Assembly (NCBI RefSeq): GCF_036321535.1
Contig: NC_087436.1
Span: 16,616,001 to 16,680,000, forward strand
Direction: 5' to 3'
Origin: Camelus dromedarius
Taxonomy: Eukaryota
Length of the DNA: 64,000 nt
Below the pieces are notes generated by a model that was not told where the DNA came from, searched no databases, and saw only the letters and a list, made by a program, of their open reading frames with translations. Below, piece by piece: positions 1-12,053 of the stretch (its first letter is position 1; every line of letters starts with the position of its first letter). A program made the position numbers and the translations under genes.

Positions 1-681
1 GTTTTAGGGGGGTGGAGGTGGTAGGATACTGAGGGGAGGAGAGTGTGGGGAGCATGAATAGAAATGACTTTAAAAAGTTCCTCCAAGAATGGGAGGTAGG
101 CTGATCCAAGGGAGAAGAGCAGGGGTCTGTGTCTCCCCTTCTCTTACACCCTCACGTGGAGGTGGTCTCTTGATTGGTGGATGGCTCTTGTGCCTGGAGT
201 GCTCAGTCATGCTCGTCCCCTGTCATGCATGGCCTTACCCATGATGCACACAGAAAAGCCCATGGAGGAGGGCTTGCACTGCAATGCTGATTATATTACA
301 GTGAGCATTGGGTCATGTCTGCTTAGGTCCTTGTCACTACTGCGCAGTCATGGCTGTCAGGATCTAACTGGTTTCTTGCTGGCACTCATTTACAGGATGT
401 AAAGCCCCTTTATGTTGGAGGTGGGTATACCACCACCTTCCAGACCCTCCATCCTCTCCTCTACCTTATCTGCCCGGTGCCCCCACTTATCTAACTACCT
501 AACAAAACCTCCTTAAGGAGGTCTGAATTTCAGTCCTGGGCAGGTAGGGGTGTCCTCCACACCTGTTCCTTCTTTGTGTCTCTGCCTCAGCCCTAAAGGA
601 TGTGGCTGCGCCTGCCATATGCTATTCCTGATCATCATCTTTCACCCTCTATGTTAACCAAATCTATTCCTAATTAATACA
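1..681 (-). mobile_element. Possible solo LTR (ERV-type), partial
   Basis: GC-balanced block ending in ...ttaataca, so the minus strand starts TGT, typical of LTR termini. Family not recognised. Confidence 0.3.
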
Positions 682-880
682 GAATCAAAATAGAGAAATG
701 GGTGGTGGGTTAGAGATAGGCTTGAGGTCAATAGAGGTTTTGTTTGCTTGTTTTTAAGTTGAATGTTGCACTGAGTAGGAATTAGACACTCTGATCTAGT
801 CTTTGGAGAAAACTCCACAGTTATTCAAGATACCTGTTATAAAATGCCATTCAAGTTTTCACTTCTGGATTTAGATTGAG

Positions 881-1367
881 TGTATCAGTCAGGGTTCTTG
901 TGTCCAAGCAATAGAAGCAGACAGGCTGGTTTAAGCAGAAAAGGAAATGACTGAAGGCAACCGGTGCCTGGGTGAACTGTGAATGGCTGGAATCAGAGGC
1001 AGAATGAGGGAGGCAGCCTACAGGACCACAGATACAGTCACGTCACAGAAAGGGTCTGTCAGGGACACCACTGCCATTACTGAAGAGCTCTGGATGTCCC
1101 TTTCACCCAGCTGCTGTTGTTAGATAGACCCTCCGCCACCCTCCCCGACTCTTTGCGTCTTAAGTGCCGTATTCAGTATCTGTGATGGGGTAACCAGTTG
1201 ACCTACCTTGTCTGCCCATCTCCTAGCTGCAGGGGAGGCCAGGAAATAAATGAGCTGGCTTTTCTAGACTTCTAGAGGGAGAAGTGCCTCCCTCCAAAAC
1301 ACCACGGGGAGATCCAGATGCCAGGTGGACAAAAGTAATAGTTAAAAATGCCAGCAAATATCCACTA
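881..1367 (-). mobile_element. MaLR LTR (MLT1J/K/L-like)
   Basis: Starts tgtatcagtcagggttcttg...aagcagaaaaggaa and ends caaatatccacta, resembling both termini of old MLT1 LTRs. Confidence 0.7.
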
Positions 1368-1804
1368 GGTTTAGTTTCTCAAATAATATAAAAAATAATA
1401 TTTTGTATCTATTTAACAAGTTTGCAGGCAGTACACCATGGTAATTTCAATATGGATTTTTAAGACTATTTGGATTATGTACAGAAAGATAAAGTATCTA
1501 AAACTGCAGTAAATTACCAAAATATGCAGAAAAATCAAAGAAGATACATTTGAATGGTAAAATTAGCTTCTGAGTCATAAGAGCTATTGCTAAGATAAGC
1601 TAGGAAAATGTAAATATCAAATAAAAATAACCTCTTTCAGCATTATGCTCACCTGCTTTTTGTTTGGATATTAATTTTTTAATTGTATAAGACTAGACCA
1701 TACATCTGTGTGTCCTTTGAGTGCAGGATAATGTCTACAAACTGGGAGGACAATTGGCAAACTCATAAAAATTCTGTAAACTTTCTAGCATTAACAATTT
1801 TCCA

Positions 1805-1990
1805 TTTATTTAGTACTTACTATGTGTTTGGCATTGTGTGGAGTACACACATTTCCTGGTCTTTACAAAGAACCCTTCAAGTCATACCCACTCTGTGGCT
1901 AAGAAAATTTAGATGCAGAGAAGCCAAGTAATTCGCTAAAGGACATGCAGCCAGTGAAAGCCGTAACCAGGGTTTTAATTCAGGTTTAAT
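1805..1990 (-). mobile_element. MIR SINE fragment
   Basis: MIR core-like text gatgcagagaagccaagtaattcgctaaaggacatgcagccagtg. Confidence 0.6.
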
Positions 1991-4479
1991 GAAGGCAAAC
2001 TTGGGTACAATTGAGCAAATAAGTGCCATAGGGCACTCAAGGAGCTCCAAAGCCATATCCAGGTTAATTCGCTTCAAGAATCATCCGAACTGATACACTA
2101 ATTGGGAGAATGGATGCTAGCTAGAGTTCTCCATGATTTACGTAAATGTCCATATGATTTAGTGTGTTAGATGGCATGTGATAATCAACAGCAAATATGA
2201 CTTGACAGTTTGTCCTTAGCTATTGAAATAGCTTCAGCTCTCTGTTGGTTGATGTGACAATGTCCACATACGTCAAGCTGAATATCTGTTTATAAAAAGT
2301 GGATTTGGCCCAAATTATCTTGATTGCAGGTTTATGCTCATCAGATTTGTCCACTTATCTCATTCATGGATCAAACAATTAGGAGAATAAATAATCAAGT
2401 TTCTAGTTTAATTAGAATACTGTCCAAACATACTGAGACTAAAACTGACTAGAAATTAGTCACATTTAAATGCAAATTGAGGGGACATGCTGACATCTGA
2501 TTTTGCATATACAGCTCTGATTAAAAATATTATATAAGATTTATTTGCAGAGTTTTATTGTCATAGTAGAGCTTGGTGAGTCATCATATTGGATAGCGTT
2601 ACCCCCATGAATTAAATTTCTACCAAAGGAAATAAACAAGACAAATACATTAATTCCCACTTCTTAATGACACAAGAGGGAACACTTACTGTTTGATAGA
2701 TTGAAAAGGAAATGGTCTTTGGAGAGATTAAAAATGGAATTTGTAACCTTTTAATAGGACGTAGTTTTTTTCTTTTTTATTTTTCTTTTTCTTTTTTTTT
2801 TTTTTGGCCTCTGCCTCTGATTTTCTGCTCTTACTCAATTGTGACAGTGAAATCTATTGAAAGTGACTTTCCCCTTTCGTGTTAGCATGGAGAGAAGAGG
2901 TGCAGGTTACCACACCTCTGAGGGTGCTCTCTGCATACTGAGGTGGAGATGGTGGCTTTACTGGCTTTGTGGAGCCCCTGAAATCATATACAAGATGTTG
3001 CGTTTAGGAATGTATGAGAGTTTTGTGGGATGAGGTTCCCTAGTTTCCAGCAGTGATACAGAGGGGGCTGTGGCCCCCAAAGTGTTACCAACACTGCTGT
3101 TGGGTGGTGATCCTATTGCCTGAACACCAAAGCAGACACACCGGCTCTAAGTCAAAAGGGTTGTTTAAGAGTAGGCACAGAATTGGCGTCAGTACGGAAC
3201 TACTTGGAATTATAAGTAACATATTGCTTTCAAGTCTTTTAATGTAAATAATGCATTTAGAGAGAACTTGACAGTTACCAGGTTACTTTTATCTACATTT
3301 ACTCACTTAAAAATCACAGTAATCCTTTGCTAAGGCTGGATAATTAAAATTATCTTCATTTTTACAGCTAAGCAAATAAACACAGAGGGAATAAAACCAA
3401 CAAACTTGTTCTAAAGATTCAAAGACTCACAGAAATGAGCACCCTTCCCATAGTGTTTTTGGGATCAGGAGTGGATGTCTGGCTCAATCTGGATCAATCA
3501 GAGGTCCTTCCAAGAGAGTTTGGAAGAGTGACCAAAAATCAAATTGTTTGCCCAGGGGGGCTCTGGGGGTTGGTCTTCTGCCTCTCATAAATGGCTAAGC
3601 AGGAGGAGGAGGGAGGGGAAGGAGGAGGGGAGACGGGAGAGGGTGGAGGGGAGGAAAGAGAATTGTTCTGGTGTCCTGACTTCAGGCCGTATATCTCCCC
3701 CTGGGTCCCTGAGAGACTTGCATCCGTGCTAGGACTTGGTGCATAAGTTGGATAGGCTAGAGAAGACACTTGTAATTTTTATTGGAAAATAATGCTTGCA
3801 AATGAAGTGAAGAACTTATTGAATATAACTCTGGTGGAAGTAGGGCTCCTACTTGATCCAGCGTTTGCAAGAATCATAAAATAGCGTGCAAAGAAATAAT
3901 TGGAAAAGAGTCCCCACCTTCTTTTGGATCTCTTGAGGACAACTCACAGCCCATAAGAACATTTTTCACCTGATTCCTAGTTCCTCAGGCCTATTTTGAA
4001 ACTACTCACATGACAAATAAAAAAGAACTCCCACTGACAGTTCAACATGCTCAGATTTATGGCTCATTGTTCTCACACTGCCTCCCACCCCCACCCTGCT
4101 TCCTTGTTTCTTGTTCTTTCCTCTCATTACCTTTATTGGCCATCACAAAAACCTGGAAACCTGGGAGACAGTAGAGAGCGAATGAAAGTTTTGAGAGAAA
4201 CTGGTACTATTTACATGTTGAGGAATAATCACTCCTGCTACATATGTTTATAATAAAGTTCTATTTTTTTGCCTCCACTGACATGAGCTGGTTTCTATTA
4301 TTTCTAACACAGAATTCTAAGTAATATACTCATGGAGATAGTGGCAGAATTGAGGTGAGAACTTGGGTCTTTTGATTTAAGATCTCTTCTTTTTGCACAC
4401 CTGGCTTAGTCTGCATAGAATTCTGCTGCCGCAGAATTGAGGATTAAAGGCTGGGTACTTTAAAAACAGTTTTGTATTT

Positions 4480-4618
4480 CTTATTAGTGAACTCCATGTG
4501 GGCAGGCACTGTGTCTGTCTTGTTGACTTCTGTATTTTCAATGCCTAGTATATTGTTGATGTGAGAAAAATTGTTGGTGCCAAAAAAAATTATTGAATGA
4601 ATGAAAAAATGAATGAAG
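4480..4618 (+). mobile_element. LINE-2 3' end
   Basis: ctccatgtgggcaggcactgtgtctgtcttg...tattgaatgaatgaa, the typical L2 3' terminus with TGAA repeats. Confidence 0.75.
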
Positions 4619-5469
4619 TGTCCATCTTCATTTTTTTAAAAAAAAATTGTAATCTTATTTCCATTTGTGGAGTTATCTTGACAGAAAAATCTAGTAGATG
4701 GATATAAACTGTATAAATACAATTGCTGTTAAATTTAAGCTGCCTTTCAGGGTAAAATATTAAACTTCAGATAATTTTTCATTATTGTCTCCTTTTTTTT
4801 CCCTGTGGTTTATATCTCAAGGGAAACTTTTCCAATTAGCTGCGATTTCTGTTGAAAGCTCAAGGAGGGCAATCGGTCTTATCTTCAAGTTGACTTTTGT
4901 GCTCCACGTTAACACAAAGGGGAGTGGCAGCCAATTTGGCTAATTGGAAACAGCTTTGGTTACACAGCTCAGGCCCAAAATTATGGGATGAACTACAGAC
5001 AGCGAAAAAGATTGATGAAACAATATTTCAAGCTATGTTTTCTACACATGTTGCAATGAATCTACATTGCTATTATGAAGACTACAAATCATCATTGACT
5101 TGGTTCAAAGCCCAAAGAGTGTGCTGTGTCGTAGTGAAAATTGCATTGGGCTGTGGAAAAATCTTCCTTGAGGTCTGAAAAAGCTTGACTTCCTTTTCTG
5201 GAGCCCAACAACATTCACAGCAGAAGCAACTTAACCTTACTATCTACCTTATTCTTCTAAGAATAAGAAGTAAACAGCTTCTGGACCCATACCTCCCGAG
5301 GACCTGAATTTCCTCTTCCAGGGACTCAGGCCTTCCTGCCCTCTCCCTGCCATCCTTAGACCCTGGACTCGGAAGGAGGCGAACATAATATTTCAAAGGC
5401 AAGAAGGGGTCACAGCAAGTACGGTGTCCTTGGTATCTCAGACTGAGTTGAGGTGTCAGCATGGATCGG

Positions 5470-5650
5470 AGAATGCTCTGGACTGGAAGATCAGGTTCAA
5501 AACTCAACTCTGGCTCTTCTGAGGTTTGTGAGCTCCCGCAAGTTAATTACCTTTTCTGATAATAAATTCCCTCAACCATAGAGCAGGAATAATGTCACCT
5601 TTAACAGGTTTATTATTAAATGAGGAAGTACGTTAAACACCTGGCATGTG
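5470..5650 (+). mobile_element. MIR SINE
   Basis: ctctggactggaagatcaggttcaaaactcaactctgg...caagttaattacctt...acacctggca. Confidence 0.65.
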
Positions 5651-5796
5651 GCAGACCTCCAAAAAGGAGTGTTTTCTCCTCTTCCTCCCCAGTCTTTCTC
5701 TTTCACTCAATTTTGTGCCAGTGTTAGGTAGTTTAGATAGAAATGAGCACTGGGCAGGGGGAGAGGGAGGGGAAAGGAACAATCCAGAACACAAGG

Positions 5797-5898
5797 AACC
5801 TGAACTGTCAATTAACCAGAGCACAAAAAACCTGAGCTATCAATCAACCAGAGCGCAGGGAACCTGAGCTGTCAATCAATCAATTAATCAATCAATCA
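5797..5898. repeat. 32-bp minisatellite (about 2.7 units) running into (TCAA)n
   Basis: Units starting AACCTGA at 5797, 5829 and 5861, an exact 32-bp period. Confidence 0.9.
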
Positions 5899-6825
5899 TG
5901 AAACCAGGATATAAAAACAGGAAAAAACGAGGGAACGGTGCCATTTTTCCTCTCTTGGACTGGCCCACTTGCAGTTCTCGGGAGTGTACTAATTTTTCAC
6001 TGTTCACTATTTTTTCCACTAATTTTCACTAATGAAAATCTTTCTTGTATCACGCTTTTTGTCTCGTCAAAAATTCTTTTTTTTTCAGATGACTAAGACC
6101 CGAGGTAATTCTTATTTCCCTTTTCCCGGTAACACCACCATGAAGAAAAGCCTGTGACTTTAACTAAGCTTTTGAGGTTTTTCTCTGGGAAGATAGCTTT
6201 CTTTGGCTCTTGGGAAGAATTGCAGAGACTGCAAAGGCTTATCGCATCCCTGCCTCTGTGTCTCCAGGGCACTGGGATTCTACTGCAGGGAAAACATCAA
6301 GGTCAGAAATCTCCAACGACCTTGTTCACTCAAGCCCTTAGGTACCAAGTTATGTAGGCAAGTGGTCAATCACATTGATGCTCAGTCTACTTTTCTCGTG
6401 TAAGGAGCTCATAAAGTACCATACAATCACGGATTACAACAGATTATGATACAGTAATCGAATAAAAAGATCATATTTTTAAATACTTGAATAATTTAGA
6501 CTTGCATGTTAAGCTAATTTTCCCAAACTAGGATAAATTTTTAATAGAAAGTGGGTATTGGACCAAGGCAAATTTTGCATCATGTCAAAAAACTTCATTT
6601 AAATCATTTTCACACACAAGAAAATTATATTATTGGTGGCTATGGCTTATTCTATCTGCTAAGATATAAGCAGAAAATTTAACCTATTAATTTGGATTGG
6701 AGCTGCCAATTCTCTCAGATTCTATGATTCTTTGCAAAAGGGGAGAATTGAATCTCTGTCAAAATAAAACCACTTTGACTTCTGCAATATGTATTTCTTA
6801 CATTTTAACCTTCTTTCTACCTTGG

Positions 6826-6930
6826 GCAGCATGGCCAAACATCTCTGTTTGCCCAGGACGATCTTGTTTGGAGACTTCTGGTATAATTGTTAATATCACC
6901 TCCCCTCCTCAAAAGTGGTTTGGACAATGA
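6826..6930. mobile_element. hAT-Blackjack fossil (MER94-like)
   Basis: catggccaaacatctctgtttgcccaggac...ggtttggacaatg resembles MER94. Confidence 0.55.
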
Positions 6931-7029
6931 GGTTTTGAGTACACCAGCTTTGGAGAATTACATTTGATACTTTCTCTTTGGAATTTCAGAAATAAACTTG
7001 AAATCTCAGTTTTACTTTTAGAACAAGAG

Positions 7030-8373
7030 TTCTACGGATGGATGTCAGAATTTGAAGGGTCTGTGAACTTGGACAGAAACAAAATTATGCCTTTATTATA
7101 TCTAATTGCCCTTCAGTTATGAATGCAGGTAACAAACCCCAGCCGTGTTAGTACATCTGTGACTTGGTTAGCAAGAAAAACTGCAGATATTTTCATATCA
7201 CAATTTGGCTATTGCAGATTTGCAGAACATCACTCGTATTTATTGTTACTTCTAAACTAGAAACATCACATGAAATCATAGTCTTCATGTCTGTAGATGC
7301 CATGCAGTGTTGCTGGCCAGCTATTGGCCGACTCTGTACCATCACTAAACATGAAGTCATGTAGTGCCACAGCGGTATCTCAGGCACTCAAGCTGCTTTT
7401 CAGGATTAGCCATCTATGACTGTTGATAAATATGAGGACTTATTTCTTAAAATTTTGCAGAACTAGACAGTTTAAATAAGTATTCTTAACTCTCTGTAAG
7501 GCAGCCAGGCCTTTTGAGCAGAGTGCTTAAGTTCTAATGTCACCTTAATGGCTACTCCTGGAAATTTATGAACTTTCTTGCCTAAGTGACTATCGTGGAA
7601 TATCCTTGCTGACCGTCAATGCTGGAGTGGATGCTTTACCCCAGGAAGATGAGATATAAAATTCTCTGTCAATTCCTTTGAAAAGAGAAATTTGCAAACA
7701 TCTGGAAACATTTCAGAGAGTTTTACCAGTTATCTTATCTTGATGGTATCAAAGTTGAACCATGGACCATTATTCTTTTTGATATAAAGTATATTATGAT
7801 GACAAACTGGCCAAAGGGGAATTCATTAACCTTAGGTTAAAAAAAAACAAACTCCAATTGGAGTTTAATTCTAAAAACCTTGGAGGATTCAGGTGTTCCT
7901 TGATAGAAGCTATTTTTGTCTTGTAAGGCAGCTATAAAAGCTTCAGTCCATTTGTAAGAATTTCCATTTTACAAATCAGCATTTTCAACACCTGTAACAA
8001 ATAACAATTGGCATCAGTGGTTTATGCAACATGACATGCCCATAGCTTTTTCAAAGGCCTCTCCACAGTTTAATGTTCTTATTGGGTCTAGCAACAACAG
8101 ACTTCCCACTGATGAGTCTTTAAAGATAAATTTATTTTCAATTTGTCTATATTTTAATTAAATATAATACATTAAAAATACATAGTATTATGTTACACAT
8201 TTGTTTTTCAAAATTATTTTGACAACCATGCTTCAGTGTAACTGGTTTCTCTTGTAAATCTTTATTTTATTTTTTTGCATTAAAAACCATTATTCTGGAA
8301 GGGATCTCTAGCTTGACCAGATTGTCCCTAGATTGCTAAGATGGTCCATGACACATAAAATATTGAGAACACT
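7030..8373 (+). mobile_element. hAT-Charlie DNA transposon fossil (left part, internal remnant, right end)
   Basis: Left part gggtctgtgaacttggac...gatattttcatatcaca and right end aaccattattctggaaggg...tccatgacacataaaatattgagaacactg resemble Charlie/MER103-type ends. The internal portion is less certain. Confidence 0.55.
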
Positions 8374-8649
8374 GACTTTGAAGTTTCAGCTCAAAGTAGA
8401 AACTTCCAGGAGGCATAATTTCTTTACATACTGCACAGAATTGCAAGGTCTTAGATTTGGATAGAAAGGACTTTAAACAGACTCATATAGGCATTATTTT
8501 AGAAAATGGTTAGAAATGATAAGTACCGTGACAAATACAGGTGAAGTTCTAAGGTTGGTCAGAAGAAAGAGAGAGAACTGTCAGGAACAGCAGGGAACAC
8601 ATGGAAGATCTGAATAATTCCCAGCGGGACTGTTTATGCTAAGTTCATC

Positions 8650-8880
8650 CAGAGGCCATCCAAACCAGAGACCTCAAAGCCACCCTTGATTTCTCCTTCT
8701 CCTCGTCCCTGCATCTGTGACCAAGTCTTGTCCCTTATGTCTCCTTCCTCTTTCTTACATCCATTCCTCCTGGGGTATTGCCTGGCTTCAGGCTTGTTAC
8801 CAGAGCTACTAAGGTAGCCGCCTACCTGGACCTCTATCTCCTTTCTCAAATCCCTTCCACACAGGTTATCCTAACTCCCA
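8650..8880 (+). mobile_element. LINE-2 internal fragment
   Basis: ccaaaccagagacctcaaagccacccttgatttctcc...accaagtcttgtcc. Confidence 0.55.
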
Positions 8881-10288
8881 TGACAATAATAGAGTATTTG
8901 TTTGCAGCAGTAATCTTAAAGAAATGTTTTGAGTTTTAGTATCATGCATACCACAGAAGCCCCACAGTAAAATGTGGAATGTTCATATATGACATGTATG
9001 GTAAAATTGAAGAGGATGCTCTAGGGCAGCAGTTACCAATCTCGGCAGCACATCTAATGATCACCTGTAGGGCCAAGGAAAGTCCTGATGCAGGAGACTT
9101 ACCCGTGCCGTTTTGATGTAACCCCCAAGCAGACACAGCCCCTGAACCACCATCCCTGTTCCCATCTGCCTCTGCAGCTTTGAGATTGATCCACTCCTCA
9201 TCATACCCTATCAAACTGCTGGTGTTCCTCACGTTTCCGTGATGTTTCCATAATGTCCTGCATGCGATGCACTTTTCCTCCTGGTCTAGTCATTTTTTAA
9301 AAAAGTCTCAGCTCACCTTTTCTAGGAAGAATTTTCACCTTCTCCAAGTAAAATTGTCCACTCTCTCCTTTTTGCCCCTCCTCTCATCCGTATGTCCTTG
9401 AATCACAGCAACGATGCATATTTTACATGTGATCCTCCCTTCCCCTCCCTGATAATGCTATTGGAAAGAAAGCCGTCTTCTTCGTGTCATTTTCATAAAT
9501 ATATTTCTAATGGTTTTAAAAGCTTGCCTGCACAGCCACTGCTATGTGGAAATAGCACCCTTAAACTCGAATAAAAATTAGCTTTTTTTCTGTATTTGCA
9601 TATAGTATCTTATTTATCAGTCCCCTTTTATATTAGTATAAGGAAAAAAGATCCCGCTTTTCTGTGACAGACGCCTTTGTAATAAAAGCATGTATGAGAA
9701 CTCAATTGGGAATTTTGAGAAATGTAGACTTCTCATTAGTTGTTTTAAAAATCCCCCTTGGAATCATTACAAACATTGCATGATAACGTTTCTATCAAAG
9801 TAAAATTAAGCCCAGATGCCAATCTTTTATTTTGCTTGGGAGTTTTCACATCAACATACACCAGAGGAGTGGCAGCTGCTGCTTTTACAAGTGGTAGAAT
9901 CCCCTGGCAGATGGGCCGGCTCAGCTTTGGACCCTATGGAGGCTTTGTACCTTCTGAGCCTGCATTTGCAACCATGGGCAAAATTTGCAAAAGGGCTTCA
10001 CGGCAAGAAGTCCATACTTGCATACTCAAATGAGATCCATACAAATATGAATGCTTTCAATCTGGTTTCCATGTCAAATCATCACCCTCTGTCAAGACTC
10101 ATCTATCTTGAACTATAACCTCTAACTTTGAAAATTTAACATTAAATTTTATGTTATTTCTCCCATTTCTTCATGATTTTCAAGTCATTAATCATAGTCT
10201 AGAGAAAATTAAATTCTCACTGCATTCTCTTATATACCCTAAAGGATACAGACCCCTCAAATAATTAAACTCAGGGGAAATATTTTTA

Positions 10289-11281
10289 TTTATTTTATTT
10301 TATTTTTAACACTTTCATTGTGGTATGGTTCCTCTACAGTAAACTACAGATATTTTTGATGTACAGTTTGATTGAATTTTGACAGATGTATGCCCCAATG
10401 AACCACCACTACAATCAAGATATCTAACATTTCCATCATCCCCAAGAGGTGCAAATTTTGAATTCCTAATTTATCCTTTCCCACCCCTTATCCACTGATA
10501 ACCATAAGTTTGTTCTCTATGTCTGTGAGTCTGTTTCTGTTTTGCAGATAAATTCATTTGTGTCATTTTTTAAAGATGCCACATATGAGTGATATCATAT
10601 GGCATTTTTCTCTCTTTCTGGCTCACTTCACTTAGAATGACAATCTCCAGGTCCATCCATGCTACTGCAAATGGCATTATTTTATCCTTTTTTATGGCTG
10701 AGTCGTATTCTATATCTATATCTATATCTATATCTATATCTATATCTATATCTATATCTATGTCTCAACTTCTTTATCCAGTCATCTGTTGATGGACATT
10801 TGGGTTGTTTCCATGTCTTGGCTATTGTAAATAGTGCTGCTGTGAACATTGGGGTGCATGCATCCTTTCGAATTAGGAGTTTTCTCCAGATATATGCCTA
10901 GGAGTGGGACTGCTGGATCATATGGTAAGTCTATTTTTTGTTTTTTAAGGAATCTCCATACTGTTTTCCACAGTGGCTGCACCAATTTACATTCCCACCA
11001 ACAGTGTGGGAGGGTTCCTTTTTCTCCACACCCTCCCATCATTTGTCGTTTGTGGACTTTTTAATAATGGCCATTCTGACTGGTGTGAGGTGATACCTCA
11101 CTGCAGTTTTGATTTGCATTTCTCTAATAATTAGTGATACTGAGCATCTTTTCATATGCTTGTTGACCATCTGGGTGTCTTCTCTGGAGAGGTCTTCTGC
11201 CCATTTTTTGATTGGGTTGCTTGGTTTTTTTTTTTTTTTTATATTAAGCTGCATGAGCTGTTTGTATAGTTTGAAAATTAG
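10289..11281 (-). mobile_element. 5'-truncated LINE-1 (ORF2 C-terminus plus 3'UTR) with chimeric 3' end
   Basis: ORF2 C-terminal peptides ([40 protein letters not shown]), a T-rich tail on the left, and TSD TCAGGGGAAATATTTTTA at 10271-10288 and 11282-11299. Confidence 0.95.
10710..10760. repeat. (TATATC)n microsatellite within L1
   Basis: Read directly; it explains the SISISI and YLYLYL track ORFs. Confidence 0.95.
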
Positions 11282-11419
11282 TCAGGGGAAATATTTTTAA
11301 ATGAATTTATTTCCCAAGAAAAAGTTTTGCTGAATTTTAAAAATCTCAGTCTTATCATTATTAAGTTATGTAGTAAAGTCATAATGAAAAATCTCAATTA
11401 TGTAAGAATTCCTACTTTC

Positions 11420-11553
11420 TACATGCTGCTTTAAAAACGTGATCAGAAGCCCCCCTACATCAGAATAAAGTGCAGATTCGTTCCCACTGTTAATGAGGAA
11501 TTTGCACTCTCAGTGATTTCTATGAACCATAAAGTTTGAGACCTACTGCTCTA
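11420..11553. mobile_element. MER5-like hAT MITE fragment
   Basis: Ends gtgatttctatgaaccataaagtttgagacctactgctcta. Confidence 0.65.
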
Positions 11554-11903
11554 AGTCATTTTGAAAATTACACACTCCAGATGAAATGGCTCTTTAAATT
11601 TCCCTTTTCATAGTCTGCTGGGTGCAACTCTAGCTTCTGCCGACATTTTTACTTCTCATGCTGGCTTGGCCATATTTGTCCCTCAAGATCTAATATTGAC
11701 AGTCAGGGATTTAGTTCCATGTGGCCAAAGACGGACTCCAATTGTTATTAATTTCATAATTGGCTACTATTCTTGTTGTATTTTTTTTTGCATTTGACAT
11801 CTTTAACTTCAAATCTTAGGTTCTTAACACATGGTTATTCTCTTGCTTAGTTAGTTATAAATATTCTTTTAGCTACAGCAAGAACTGTTCTAAAAAAAGA
11901 TCC

Positions 11904-12053
11904 ATATTCAATATCTTGTAACAACCTATAATGGAAAAGAATCTGAAAAAGAATAAATATCTATAATGTACGTATATATGTATAACTGAACCACTTCGCT
12001 GTACACCTGAAACTAACACAACATTGTAAATCAACTATAGTTCAATAAAAAAT
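11904..12053 (+). mobile_element. Short LINE-1 3' end
   Basis: ctataatggaaaagaatctgaaaaag...gctgtacacctgaaactaacacaacattgtaaatcaactata...aataaaaa, with a degenerate flanking duplication aagatccatat / aagttcatat. Confidence 0.9.

Noticed and set aside
4897..5178. 93-aa ORF in unique sequence
   Set aside because: It starts at TTG, matches no family I recognise and has no convincing splice context. Its length is within chance expectation.
5797..5898. Regularly spaced repeats as a possible CRISPR array
   Set aside because: They are head-to-tail tandem units with no unique spacers, in a mammalian context with no cas genes.
7826..7866. Adjacent palindromes TTAACCTTAGGTTAA and AAACTCCAATTGGAGTTT
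   Set aside because: One 18-bp palindrome is not unexpected in 64 kb of AT-rich DNA, and it lies inside a putative transposon fossil.
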